DNA from: Syncephalis fuscata S228
Taxonomy: Eukaryota; Fungi; Zoopagomycota
NCBI GenBank assembly: GCA_025786725.1
Contig: JAHLTZ010000020.1
Span: 62,001-126,000 of the forward strand
Length of the DNA stretch: 64,000 bases
Direction: 5' to 3'
Positions within the stretch are counted from its first letter, which is position 1, and every line of letters begins with the position of its first letter. Below the pieces are notes generated by a model. It saw only the letters and a program-made list of their open reading frames with translations. It was not told where the DNA came from and did not search any database. Positions 13,370 through 26,749 of this stretch are shown here, piece after piece. A program made the position numbers and the translations under genes.

Positions 13370-15316
13370 ATGACATTCGGTCCACCTTTTAAGCGAGATG
13401 ACTACGAGCAGCCGGGCAAGCCATTGGAACAAATGCTGTTTAGTCAACTACCAGCTGACGTGAACCGCTTATGGCTACTTACCTTGGAGCCACGGGACGT
13501 TTCTCAGCTCATGCGTACCTCTACACGCTGCTATACCGCAATTGCCAACAATAGTGTTTTATGGCGTATATTTTATTTAAAAAGATTTATGAATAAGCCT
13601 TTTATCGAAAATGGCGAAGGTTTAGACCATAAAGAAGAGGAGTGGCTAATGTGGGCACTTAAAAGCTTAGCGGAGAAAGCTGCATTATCAAGCCATGACG
13701 GCTTCTCTGCCCAGCAAGCAACTCAATCCCAGCTTATTTGGGCGCTACTTTACCAACAACGTATGATTGTTGAGCGACGTTTGGCATCCGCCGAACCAAA
13801 TGTACATCATGTGGCGATGCCGCAAGTGATCATGCCAGCTTCTACGCCCAAGACAAAGCTAAGCCAAAAACCAACTTTACTGGCCAGTGGCGCCAATGGC
13901 GGTTTACTTACAATAGGCGGTCAATGGTTCTGGATTTCATTACAGCCGGATGCATCAGTGAAATCCATGCTATTACGCAAGAAAAAACCAGCTATTACGA
14001 CTAATGTAGTAGAAAATCAAAATGCTTCGCTGTCTAAAATCATTTTTTCTTCAATTACACCTGAATGGATTGTTGTTGTGGAAGAGTCGTCTGTAGTACG
14101 TAAAGGTTCGGTAGCACGGCGAAATTCAACCGAGTATACGCTTATTGCTTGGTCGCTGTCCATTAGCACAGCTGTGCACAAGGAACCAGTTCGAGCAGAG
14201 TGTGGAGAAGAAGACGGGTTGTCATACATACTTTCGCACCAAACAGCTATTTTAGAACCTTACGACAATGTACAGCAAATCCTTGGTCCTTGGGTGCTAC
14301 TTAGCCGACCGCAAGGAAAGCAGGGCGGCAGTATACCCATGCTATTCCATCTACCATCTGGAAAGTTAATAGTAGAAACGAAACGAAAGCCTGGTGCGTC
14401 TTATCACACAATCCAGACATTCTCAGACTCTCTAGTATACTCTTTGACGCAGTCTGGCAATCATGCCAATAGGCAAAATGAGCAGCCCTCTGCCACTATC
14501 CTTAGTATATTTATGCATCGTGATGTCAGTGAGATTGAAGATAATATGGAACTTTCAAAAGATTTTCTACACTGGAATTTAACAAAATATTATTTACCAA
14601 AAGACAATCTAGAAGGACAGTATAGCACAGAAACAAAAATGTACAGCAGTGGGGAGCTGGCCAAGAATCGCGTCAATTCTAAATCGATCTGGCTTGAACG
14701 GGTTGATCATCAGCGTGCTCTTGTACGTTTTCGTCTATTGGGCCCGTCGGCACCGCAAATAATGCTCATTCAATCGGCCAATAGTAGCCATGATGAAACA
14801 GAAGACACAGTTAACACCAGCATACTCTGGACACAAACATTCGATCCCAAGTCTATTCATGCCTGTGCCAGCCGTAGCATCGTATTGGCCATTTCAAAGA
14901 CCGATATGCTAAACGTATACTCTCTTGCTACTGGCGAACAGCTCTATAGCGTGGATTGTTTTCAACGATCGTATGGCGAAGCAGGTCTTGCGGCGCATAT
15001 TTTCCATCTTCAGCCTGGATCCCGCCATGACTTATTTAATAAAGGCAGCGGGCCACAACGCGGCCTATTGGGGATTGTAGCTTTTAATGCAAGCAATCAA
15101 GATCCGCAACCACGCCCATTATCTGTACAACCATTGGGCATTAATGGCACAGAAATTGCTAAATCATTAGGCGAACCTTTTATTCCAGCTAAAGCACATC
15201 ATGGCCAGATCCATGTTTCTGCTGCCTGTATTGTATGGATTGAGAACCCTCCAAGACGCTCGGGCGAGGAAGCTGACAAATCCAAGGAAAGTATTGTGAT
15301 TGCTAGTTTTGTTTAA
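13370..15316 (+). CDS. Intronless F-box protein with unassigned C-terminal domain
   Basis: N-terminal F-box-like LFSQLPADVNRLWLLTLEPRDVSQLMRTSTRCYTAIANNSVLWRIFY; ~650-aa ORF; first ATG at 13370. Confidence 0.7.
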   Translation: MTFGPPFKRDDYEQPGKPLEQMLFSQLPADVNRLWLLTLEPRDVSQLMRTSTRCYTAIANNSVLWRIFYLKRFMNKPFIENGEGLDHKEEEWLMWALKSLAEKAALSSHDGFSAQQATQSQLIWALLYQQRMIVERRLASAEPNVHHVAMPQVIMPASTPKTKLSQKPTLLASGANGGLLTIGGQWFWISLQPDASVKSMLLRKKKPAITTNVVENQNASLSKIIFSSITPEWIVVVEESSVVRKGSVARRNSTEYTLIAWSLSISTAVHKEPVRAECGEEDGLSYILSHQTAILEPYDNVQQILGPWVLLSRPQGKQGGSIPMLFHLPSGKLIVETKRKPGASYHTIQTFSDSLVYSLTQSGNHANRQNEQPSATILSIFMHRDVSEIEDNMELSKDFLHWNLTKYYLPKDNLEGQYSTETKMYSSGELAKNRVNSKSIWLERVDHQRALVRFRLLGPSAPQIMLIQSANSSHDETEDTVNTSILWTQTFDPKSIHACASRSIVLAISKTDMLNVYSLATGEQLYSVDCFQRSYGEAGLAAHIFHLQPGSRHDLFNKGSGPQRGLLGIVAFNASNQDPQPRPLSVQPLGINGTEIAKSLGEPFIPAKAHHGQIHVSAACIVWIENPPRRSGEEADKSKESIVIASFV

Positions 15317-16217
15317 TAAATTATATAGTTGTAATGATATACATTAGCCAAATAATAACTTTACCAAATATGCTATTATTACAGTGTGTTAAATTAAATA
15401 TAACCACCAGCTAATCATTCATTTCTACATCTATTCATGCTGATTTTGCGTAACATGCCCATGGGGTCAATCGGCCTGTCTTCGCTGTTACACAGTCGTA
15501 CATTGAACCCCAACTGTAGCCATGTTTATTAAATAGATACTTCAGTACTCAATATGAAGCCGGAGCAGTTCGGCAAAATTTGGTTACACATTATCAGGCA
15601 TGCTGTGTTTTGATATTATACATCTTACCGTTTGGCTTGTGCCGCACCTTAGCCGCTTGAATTTGATTGGCATTTTAAAATATACTGCGCGTAATGACGT
15701 ATAAGCTTGAAAACAATGGGCCACTATGACTGTTGAGATTTAATTTAATTGTACTATGGCGTAACCACATGTTTGCTAGATCAAGTGATGATTTCATTGT
15801 CTTGTATCATCGTTAGAGATAAACTTGATCTATACTAATTAGTTTTATAATGGATAATGTAAAAGCGCTTGAACAAAAACATATAAATATGCTTATTAAA
15901 GACATACTATTTTAAGAGTAACCAATGTTTTTAGCTTCTATTACCTATTAGGTATTGCAATAACGTGTCATTTGCAACGATCCAGTAACCATCTGCCAAT
16001 CTTCCCCAATTTATTACGATTTTCGTATATTTTCAATCACAGATATACCCGGAAAAAACCTTCGCGGTCTTTGGTATTCAATTGTAAATTGCTTTACTGC
16101 TATTTATTTGCAATAGCACTGGCGTGCTTAGTCACCTGTTTAGTCACCGCCACCACTATTTTATATCGTCCTACAAAAATTTCAACACTGCTAGCATAGC
16201 AAAAAAAAGCCTACAAC

Positions 16218-17981
16218 ATGTCGAAAGCTAGCACATCCGTTTTGCTTAAAATCGGACTAGCGGCATTGTGTTGCCATGTTACTGTGGTTTCTGGGGCAGT
16301 TTTAGCTGATCGTAATATCAATCTTGACTCTTTAAACAAATTGATCCGTGATCGTATTGAGCACGTCGTAGTAATGGTGCTAGAAAACCGTTCTTTCGAT
16401 CATGTTTTAGGCACACTTGGCAGTGTCAATTCCAATATCGATGGCCTTTCAGGTCATGAGCGCAACTATTGGAATGTTACCGACAAGGCAAAGGGCTATC
16501 AAGGTGTTATCACCAACACTACCTATTGGCAGGCCCCACTTGATCCCGAGCACATTCTTCCTGGTGTTACCGAGCAAATATTTGGATCAAAGAAAGAGCC
16601 AAATCCATATCCCAAGGTTGCTCCAATGGATGGATTTGCACAAAATGCCATGAGCTTTGTAACTAAAGGTGATCATATTGCAGAACGTCGTCAACATGCC
16701 ATGTCTGCCTGGCCTGTAGGATCGCTGCCGATTACTCATGCACTTGCCCAAGAATTTGCTGTCTTCGATCGTTGGTTTTCTTCCGTACCCGGCCCAACAA
16801 TGCCAAATCGCCAGTTTATCTATTCTGCCACCAGTAATGGATATACCACAAACAATGTTGGCAATACTGCGCTTGGCTATCCACAGCGCACCGTTTACAG
16901 CTCGCTTAATGATAAAAGCGTTAATTGGCATATTTATTTTCATGATGTGCCTACTGCTTTAGCCATGCGTGAACTCCGCTCACCAAAAAACCTACTAAAA
17001 CTTCGCTTAATCAACCGATTCTACCAACATGCAAGAGAAGGTCGTCTTCCTGCCCTCTCTATGATAGAGCCAAGATATCTTGACACCAAGCTATTTCCAG
17101 CCAACGACAATCATCCACCGGTAAGAATTGGATGCAGGACTGCTGTAGACTGCTAAAATACCCAACTATATCCATATATTGACTAATGTAAACAATATTA
17201 CACGTAGCATGACTCGCGGTATAGTGAAAAGCTTATCAAAGATGTATATGAAGCACTTCGTGCATCTCCAACCTGGAACAAAACACTGTTGATCTTTACT
17301 TATGATGAGCATGGTGGATATTATGATCATGTTCCCACTCCATTGGCTAATGTGCCATCTCCTGATGGAAAAACCGGCGTCAAAGGAGAGTCGGGCGAAG
17401 GTTTCCGCTTTGACCGTTTAGGCATTCGTGTTCCAACGTAAGTTGTTATTTAATCAAATAATATTTATTAATAAGTAATTATTTTAGTATTTTAATTTCA
17501 CCATGGATCCGTCGTGGTTCAGGTAAGTGTACCAAATAGCTGATAATATTGGTACTAAACTAATTTTTATTTAATTTATAGTATATCATGAGCCACAAGG
17601 CCCGCAGCCAACATCACAATTTGAACATCGTCAATACCAGGATTTCTTAAACGTCATTTCCAATTGAATAACTATCTTACAAAGCGAGATGAATGGGCGG
17701 GCGCCATCGAGCCAGTGCTAGCTGAGCTTACTAAAATGCGTACCGACTGTCCGATGAAGTTGCCTGACATAAGTTTACCATCCCTGTGGCAGCCATTTTC
17801 TCCATTAGGTGGACAAGGAGAAGAAGACGAGGCTGACATTCCATTCACGAAAAATATACCCGATGATGAGAGTAAAGAGACGGGCTACTTTACCGATGAA
17901 GCACACGCTGTTAACAATAATATTGATTCGCTCATAAAGCAAGTTAAACAACGTGACATCTCAAGTGAAGCTGGATTATAG
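16218..17981 (+). CDS. Secreted non-specific phospholipase C (phosphoesterase family)
   Basis: Signal peptide; [41 protein letters not shown]|[24 protein letters not shown]; probable 1-nt indel near 17628 in the FEHSSIP motif. Confidence 0.9.
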
Positions 17982-19191
17982 GCGTTAGCATTATAGCAAT
18001 ATTAGGTACATCATCTCCATTGCACTTCTATAAATAACATTAGTATGTGACTGATGGCACCTGACGAGTCCTGACAAGCTCTAAAAGTACCTTAACTATT
18101 TTTAATATAAAATGACAATTTAGCATTGTTAACAAAATACGTTTATTAACAAATATTTAGCTAAAAATATCCTAACAATTCACACACTTTAATAAACATT
18201 ATTTGTTCATACTCCACGCTATTCTCTCCAATGCCACTTAAATTAAAAATAAGTTAATATATATTGCATTATAGCATAATAAATAATGTCGTACCACTCA
18301 ATTTATAAATGTCATTTAACGCTTTTTTATGTTATAAAGACAAATTTATTAATAATCTGTTAATAATCTATTAATAATTTATTAACACTTGTACAGTACC
18401 ATGATTGTTGTGGAAGACATGTCGCGATGTAGGCTATACAGTTGATGTTGATTCTATTTATTTATTTTTAATTTATACTAAATATATAAACGTAAACTAG
18501 ATATACATGATAGAATTATATTCAGATTAACATAATATATTAATAATACTAGCAATAAAAATTCATTAAATTAAATACTAAAAATTATTTATGTAATTAA
18601 TATGACTTGTATTTAATCATGACTATCTTTCTAAACTTTTCTTACTTTATACATGACTTTTATAATTTATTTTAATTTATAACTATTGTCACCTTCAGGA
18701 AAAAGTGTTAAAATGTCTTAGTATTAAGAACTAAGCATACAAACAAATTGGACATTAATACCTATACTAAGCCTCATGGTATTTTTAGTTTGTTTGGTAA
18801 CACAGATACAAGACAATGTACCATCGTCGCAAAATACTAGCAGTGTTTACTGCTAGAATAACAAAACAACATACATTTATCAAAGGCGGCTTCTCCGCAC
18901 TTTTACAAGTCATCTGACATTTAAACAGAGTAACTAGCAATGCTATTTGTTCCATCGTTTCAAGTGTTGACTGTACTGTGCATACCAAGTTCTGTATATA
19001 TAAAATAAATACCTGTTTGAAATGCCGGTTTAACCAAACGCATGTCAATAAACAGAACAGGATATTGTAACATGTGCTTTACACTGAAGACATCGTAAAT
19101 AGTTGGCAATGACGGGATACGACTCTTGTTCAGTATCTACTCTATATCGTCTATTAATCCTAATATTTGTCTAAATATTCAACTATCAACC

Positions 19192-21593
19192 ATGCTACCT
19201 ATATACATCAGTTTACTTGCAACATGTAACGTGCTGTCTGCGATAGCCGGTACACTACCAACATCAACCAACAGTGAACAAACAGTAAATTCTTTATTAA
19301 ATAACAACAGAGCAATACCAAACTCAAGCGAGCCCACTCTAGAATTGGGCTCGGTTGCTCTTCGTCGACGTCAATCAAATAATCAGCTATCTGGCCGCGG
19401 AATAAAGATCGGCATCATTGATAGTGGTATTGACTATAAACATCCGGCACTTGGTGGCTGCTTCGGTCCTGGCTGCAAAGTCGCCTACGGCTATGACTTT
19501 GTTGGAGATGCCTACGATGGTAAAAATAATCCTATTTCCGACGAGGACCCAATGGACGAGTGCAACGGCCATGGAACTCACGTTGCTGGTATTATTGCAG
19601 GAAGATCTAAGGAAATTACGGGTATGGCTCCTGATGCTACACTCGGTGCCTATCGTATATTTAGTTGCAATAATAAAGCGCCACCAGGTATTGTTATGAA
19701 AGCGTTGGATCGGGCAGCAAACGAAATGGATATTATCAATCTTTCGCTCAATCAAGACCAATTCTTCAGTGCGTATGGGGACGCAAAGAAGGCACAGGAG
19801 CTCGTCGATCGAGGCATTATTGTTGTAGCGTCAGCTGGCAATATTGAAAATGGCCATTTAGGAGGCATACTAAGCCCGGCTACCGCACCCGGCGTCATTG
19901 CCGTTGCTTCTTCGGACACGTCGCTTAGACAAACATTTTATTTCATGGTAGGAAATTATCCTGCAAAGTTTTATTATATAGCCGGCACTGGCGTGTCGAT
20001 GCCACAAACAATGCCAAATACTATTATGCGTGTCAAGTCGGGTGACTCTAAAGGTTGCGACCGACTTGGATCAGGATTTGAAAATGCCATTGTACTTTTA
20101 CAGTATGGCGGCTGTTTATCCACACAAAAGGCCAAACGAGCTCACGATGCCAATGCTGCTGGCATTATTATTATCAACGAGAATAGCAATCTTGTATACT
20201 TTACTGTCGATCCAGCTGAGGTTAAAATACCCGTGCTACTAATGACCGATAAACAAGGCGACAGTTTAACTGAATTGATGGATAAATCGTCGCAAGATGA
20301 TCGCGCTGATGTTCGCTGGTATTCGACGCCATCACAGAAGCCAGTCGGCAAATCTGGCTTTGCTTCATTCTTTTCCGCCTACGGTCCATCCGATAATATC
20401 ACCAATATAAAGCCGGATATCTCATGGCAGGGCAATCAAGTCTACAGCACTATTCCGCGTAAAATGGGCAGTTACGCCATTCAGCCAGGTACCAGTATGG
20501 CTGCACCGGGCATCACAGGTCTTGCCGCACTAGCATTGCAAAAATACAAAGCAAGCATACCAGTGGTGGATAGGCCAGCGACTATACGTCGGCTATTATA
20601 CAGACGGCCAAAACAATGATCTGGCCAAAATGGCAAGAAGCCGAGGACGTTGCAGGCAAGCGAGGAGTTCCTGTGGCCTACTGTGGATCTGGTATGGCAC
20701 GTGTCAGTGCCATAAACGAGCTAGGCTGGGGAACTGAGCCGCAAACAATCGGCTTTAGCCCCAAGAGTGTAGGCGCGAATAGTGTTTATGAGGTCGAACT
20801 GACACTTACCGGCCAATTGCCACCCGGTACAATTACATTCGAACACCGTCCATCGGCATCAGTCGCCGACTGGGGGCCAGGTGCTGAATGGGACGATGAT
20901 CTGGCCTCAAAGAAAAGTGTTGAAGTTACAATATCACCAGAAAGACTTGACGTAGGCAGTCCTCCACCCAATGCAAACATCAATACACTTCGAAATGAAA
21001 AGTTCAACGTAAAGCTTACCGTTCCACAATGGAACAAAGATGAATTGTGGGTATTGTCCGGTATCATTGAGGTAACGCATCGCAATGCCGCCACAGGAGC
21101 CATCATGGTACGCAATGTCCCCTATCAAACATTGGCCGGTACTGGTAGAAATATCAAAATGCTCGATCGTAAAAACAACTATCCTCGTTTAGAAAATGTC
21201 GACGCCAATGGCGAAGTAATTCCAGAAAAATCGAATGGCACCCCTCTTACAAACAAGCATGCAATTAGAATCAGCTTTCGTTTACGTTTGCCATCACAAA
21301 GAGTATTTGGCGTTATAGAAGATGTAAAGTCAAAACGACAACTAGGGTTTGCCCAGGACGTTAAAGCTGACCATCTTAATGCTTCGCCTGAAGGCCCGAA
21401 TAAAAACTACAACACTATATGGGGGGGACTGGTAATGTCCATGCCAAAGTTTAGAAAACTTGAAGGTAAACCTTACCCAGTACCACGCGGTACCTATCGC
21501 ATGCGGCTCTATGTTTCCAAACCTTTTGGCGATCCATTAAATGAAAGAGATTATGAGTCTTGGCTATCAGAGAAGGAGATTAAGATTGACTAA
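19192..21593 (+). CDS. Secreted subtilisin (S8) with PA domain and C-terminal beta domain; frameshift near 20598
   Basis: Catalytic triad IIDSG / HGTHVAG / GTSMAAP; GGCFGPGCKVAYGYDFVGD; PA domain; ORFs 19126-20619 and 20616-21593 join (...LLxQTAKTMIW) if one base is restored. Confidence 0.85.
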
Positions 21594-21734
21594 GTACTGC
21601 ATAGTTCAGTAGTGGTCCAACAGCTTGGTAATACTAATAATATTTTGCTACAAAGCAATAATCTATTGCTTGTAAACAGAAATTATATATATTAATTCAA
21701 CAATAATAAATTGTTAATTAAAATTTAGAAACTA

Positions 21735-22375
21735 CTGTACTTTGACCCCCACATTTTATGTACTCATTTCACCATCTTTTTCTTATTACTATCTTATTAC
21801 TTTATTCAGTAATATATTATACGATAATGTTGAATATAACAATATAAATAGCATGCATATTTAAACATTAATAAAAAACACTATTTAATCCCTAGTCTTT
21901 ATTTCTCTTATTTTACATCAACACCTGTTCAAGTAACCTCAACAGCATGCCGTATATTCTGGTTACAACCGTCGTCACAAGATCTTCCTGGTGAAGACAC
22001 TCATCCTATTATTATTGCATATGGTAAAAGTTATTTTTTTTTGTCACCATAGACGAGTATCCTACATCGCAAATATGCCCAAAATGCAACGGTAGAAGAT
22101 TGGAAAATAGAAGAAATCATTCAGATGCAAGAAACCACACTGTACATAGCAACAGTAACAACAACTGCGGAACGATATGAAATCGCAATCATATAGCTTT
22201 TATTAATAATTAATCAATTTTTCTACGCATAACCAACAACAATAATGATCGGCCTCGTGAATTGCAAAGTAGTCAAATGAAAACATTATACTTGTGTTTT
22301 GTTATGCATAACAGCATGAATTCAATTGGAACGAATTTTGCTTTGAGGACTTCAAATGTGGGAGTCAAAGTACAA
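21735..22375 (+). mobile_element. Non-autonomous TIR DNA transposon (Tc1/mariner-like ends) carrying a Fanzor remnant
   Basis: Left end TGTACTTTGACCCCCACATTTTATGTACTCA (21736-21766) versus reverse complement of right end TGTACTTTGACTCCCACATTTGAAGTCCTCA (22344-22374), 27/31 identical; TA lies just outside the left end. Confidence 0.75.
21942..22270 (+). pseudogene. Degraded, internally deleted Fanzor (eukaryotic TnpB-like nuclease) C-terminal fragment
   Basis: TACRIF...THPIIIAYG, then in another frame FVTIDEYPTSQICPKCNG...CGTI*NRNHIAFINN*SIFLR...DRP. This matches the Fanzor/TnpB pattern (V/I)AYG..DEYxTSxxCxxC..CxxxWNRDxxAxxN..RP, with stops and a D-to-N change at RuvC-III. Confidence 0.75.
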
Positions 22376-22493
22376 TTTAGCCAAGCTTTATTAATATGAG
22401 ATACTTTCAAATTTATAAATGCAATTATATATATATATATAATTTGCTAATATATTGGCACAATGTAAGTAATCTGCTAATATATAAATGTAT

Positions 22494-24770
22494 TTAATGT
22501 TCGAGAAAAAACACCCGGTCTCCTAGATAGTCTTGAATGCTATGATAATCTATAATAAATCATTCACATCTAATTAATAAATGGCCATATTAACTAATAA
22601 CGGCTTACTTAGTTGGGAGAAAATACGCTCAAAGTGAGGCATAAATTCTCGAGGAGAAATATACAAATTAAATCCCAAAGCTGCATAAATGGAGAATTCC
22701 TGTTCTCGTAACTGTTTTACCGTCACTTCCATAAAACGGGCAATAGCCTAAGTGATCGCTATTAGTATTGCTAGTAGCATTGTATTAAACGCTTTTACTT
22801 ACAGCATATACATTTGGTACACGATGTTCTTTAATCTCATTGATTTTTACCGCCAATAACATACAAACACCTATTGTAATATATTAATTAAATTGTACAT
22901 TTATACACTATAATATACAGTGCTTACCGGCTACAAGTTTTCGATTTGATTTTGTTATTACACGCTGTATATACATTAATACCGTATTTATTTAAATAGT
23001 ATCTTTAATAATATTATTACTTACCGATAGCACTAGTTTCTCGAAATAAGCATATGACAATGCTACCGTAGCCAATTCAAGATCCTATACACTGATTGGC
23101 ATATTATAATTAATTGTCTTAATAAACTATACCTGTTCAGTAGCAATAGATAACAATCGTGTTTTTAAACCTCGAATTTTGCTTAATGTCATTTTCTCGT
23201 TTAAATACGGATGTGTTTGACAAAATTGCTCATTGAGTTCTCGCTTTAGATCAGACGGTTTAACAAATTGAACAGTTGAACTCTGCATTGTGCATTAGAA
23301 CACACACACACACATATATATATATGTAATTATATACATAGAGCTATACCACAACTTACCATCATTGACGGTAAACTAATCACCGTTCGACGTTTACCCG
23401 TACGTAACTCTGGATCATCCAAATATCGTGGATCATATCCAGTATCCGATACGGCCATGCTGTCTGGATGTAAGCTACCACTAGGTACTATTAATTGCTC
23501 AAATGATTCAGCTCGTTGCTTCTTAAGTGCATCCAATCGACGTAATCGATCTATTGGTTCAATTTTCGCTTTAGATTTGGCCCGTGTTCGCGTGTCCGTC
23601 ATACGAATAATCGAGGATATAGTCAATGGCGTGCCCTTGTATATAACATGTTAATAATTAATGTATATAACATATAAATAATTACCTTTAAAGCTGTAAA
23701 CACAAATCTAAGTCGATTATCCTCTTCCATCTCACTACCACGCTGAGAAGGCTGGCTTAAACGCGAATTTGTACTATTGCTATCCAGACCAAGTAACATT
23801 CGTTCTCGCTCGACTTGCTTCGTATTCAATCCCTGTTTCATTTCAAAATATCTATCATGATCAACTGACGACGCTCTATTCAATATTTGTGGCGATATTA
23901 AAGATAGTGATTCTAATATTGTATAGATTATCATTATTATTATTAATATTAACAATAGAAAGTAAATTACTGACCGTGCATCTCTATCATCTCTTGTGGC
24001 ATTAATGTATCATTTGGCATATCATCTGTAAAATGGCCGTTCGACTGAATATCATCGTCTTGCAATATCATATTGTTGTACAAATGATGCTGGCGTCGTG
24101 GTGGTGATTTTCGAGACTGTCGAGGATCAATATCCTGTGACTGTTTCCGACCTGATATGCTAATATTGGTTAAGAAATCCACAGCAGCCAAATCCCGTGA
24201 ACTATAAGCACGTCTGCTAGACCGGTTTGATTCGGGTGGCAATGCAGTTTCCCGTGTCTCTTGATCTTGTTCTATCGACACACTTTCTTTTACCGAATTA
24301 TGTGCTGATTGATGACGATCTGATACATTATCTGCAGACAAAGTAGACATTGTATCTATTGTTTCCCCTTTATGTTGACCGGTAGGCATTGTTTTTAAAA
24401 TAGTCGTTGAAACATGTTCTATACTATTTTCTAGTACTGGTTCTGAAAAAGTATTGCTCGTGGTTAGACAGCTATTGCCGGTGGATATAGGCACGTCTGC
24501 TGTAATTTGGCTAAGAAACGATACTGCAGCCTCATTTCTCGCTGCTGTTGTTGTTATGGCTGCCGCTACTGCGTTTGTTGTTGGCAGTGCAGCTGAGTTG
24601 CCAAAGCAATTGTGCTGTGGTTCAGCAGTTTGCAAGCAATCGTTAGTAGCCAAAACGCCATTGCATAACTCTGGCCCATTAATCTGGCTGTCTAGGGCAA
24701 TATGCGGCGTATAGTCGCTCGAAGGTATTGAAGTTTGACATGGTAGTAAAGGTGATATAGGAACTTCCAT
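22494..24770 (-). CDS. CABLES-like cyclin-box protein (CDK5/ABL1 enzyme substrate family), multi-exon
   Basis: AAVSFLSQI / AAVDFLTNIS; YDPRYLDDPELRTGKRRTVISLP; VKPSDLKRELNEQF..THP..MTLSKIR; ATVALSYAYFEKLVL; NRKLVAG. Confidence 0.85.
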
Positions 24771-25082
24771 AAACTATAAAGTGGCAAACAAGAATAGATA
24801 GATTGTACAGCACTTGGCGGTAAGGATAGCACGATAGTATAGTTTAGTATTACTTGTCGTCAAAGGTTGGACAGTAAGTGTGATTTGCCAGCTAAAATAA
24901 TGGAAAAAAGGAAAGACTCGTGTGAAGTTGAGTATTTGAAACGGTTACCATAAAATAAGTGTATATCAATTTGACTAATCAATAATAACAATAACAATAA
25001 TAGATAACAATAATAATATTTTTTGTTAAGGCCATTGCTTTTATTCCGTCTATTATAATAACGCCAATAAACCCGTCCAACG

Positions 25083-26409
25083 ATGAATCCGCTCAAGGAG
25101 TTTGAACTTGTTGGGCCACCTACTGATGGTATAACACGCGTTGCATTTGATCGTACTGAACCACTTCTACTTGCCTCGTCTTGGGATAAGGTAAGGTGTC
25201 GCGATTCTTGTCACTAACTTGAAACTAAGTTTGACCGATCACTATAGCATGTACGCCTGTATGATGTGGCGGCCAATCATGAACTGGCTCGTTTCGAGCA
25301 TCAAGCAGCCGTGTTGGACTGCTGCTTCGGTAAAGATAGCCAGACAGCGTATAGCGGTAGTTTAGATCAGCGGGTACGCTTGTAAGTAATGTGACTGATC
25401 TACCGCTTGAATCCAGACACTTACTAAACTGACGCGTAGATTGGATCTTCAAACAAAAACAGAACAGATACTTGGTAAACAAGAGGCTGCTGTACGCTGC
25501 ATTGCTTACATGCCAGAAGTTCGTAAGTCATATAACTAGCTACAGTATTTATTTGATTATTTATATCACGCTAGAGTTACTGGCCACGGGTGGCTGGGAC
25601 ACTTCGGTACGTCTCTATGATTCACGCAGCTCTACACCTGAGACAAAGCGCATCGATCAGCCGACAAAAGTGTATGCGGCCGATGCTGTCGGCCATACAT
25701 TGGTAGTTGCCATGGCTGAACGACATGTTCACGTTTATGACGCGCGTTACATGGATGAGCCATTACAGCGCCGTGAAAGTTCTTTAAAGTTCCAGACACG
25801 GGCGATTGCTTGTATGCCTGACGGTGAAGGTAAGTGACAGCTAGTCTAACGGATAGTCTTGTATATTTACTATATATCCAGGCTATTTATCTAGCTCGAT
25901 TGAAGGCCGGGTGGCTGTGGAATTCTTTGATCCATCGCCTAGATCACAGGCTCGTAAATATGCGTTCAAATGTCACCGATCTACAAACAATGGCGTCGAT
26001 GTGGTGTATCCGGTTAATGCATTGGCCTTTCATCCTATGTAAGTTTTATTGTATTTTAATAGCAATGATGACTTATGTTATGGTGTGCACATTAGTCATG
26101 GTACATTTGCCACTGGCGGTGGTGATGGCGGTATTAGCATTTGGGATGGTAAAAATAAGAAGCGAATTACTATGTGGAATACATTCCCTACCTCGGTGGC
26201 TTCATTGTCATTCAGTGGCGATGGACAGTATTTGGCTGTGGCCGCTTCTTATACATTTGAGGAGGGAGAGAAAGAGTAAGTACTATTAGATATATAGCTA
26301 GCATATGCGATAGTAGCTAATTTAATCTAGTCATCCACCGGATACTATTATCATTCGCAATTTGGAGGAGGCAGATACACGTCCAAAGAGACCAGCTCCA
26401 GACAAATAG
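25083..26409 (+). CDS. BUB3: Spindle checkpoint WD40 protein Bub3
   Basis: [84 protein letters not shown]. Confidence 0.92.
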
Positions 26410-26749
26410 TTGTAAGAAATATACAGATACCGACATTTTATTGCAATAAATATAAAATAACAATGCTTTTTATGGAATTTCCTTTCAAACTATAATTTTG
26501 AATTTATTTAGTAGTCAATGATGTCATCAAAATTGCTACTTTTGAGTATTGTAGTTAAATAATAAAAGTATGTGAAGATGGATAAAAAGCTACACTAATA
26601 AACAATTACCAAACTAAGTAATGTGGTAATAATAAGCAAACAAATACACTTAATGAATGAATATTTACACTAAAACAATAAACGATTAAGCTTTCTATTC
26701 ATATATTTCTCAATGGTAATACTACTAATAATAATATTTTTATAGATGC

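Noticed and set aside
18058-18085. Hammerhead ribozyme-like CTGACGAGTC..GAC
   Set aside because: The required GAAA after stem II is missing and no stems I/III are evident
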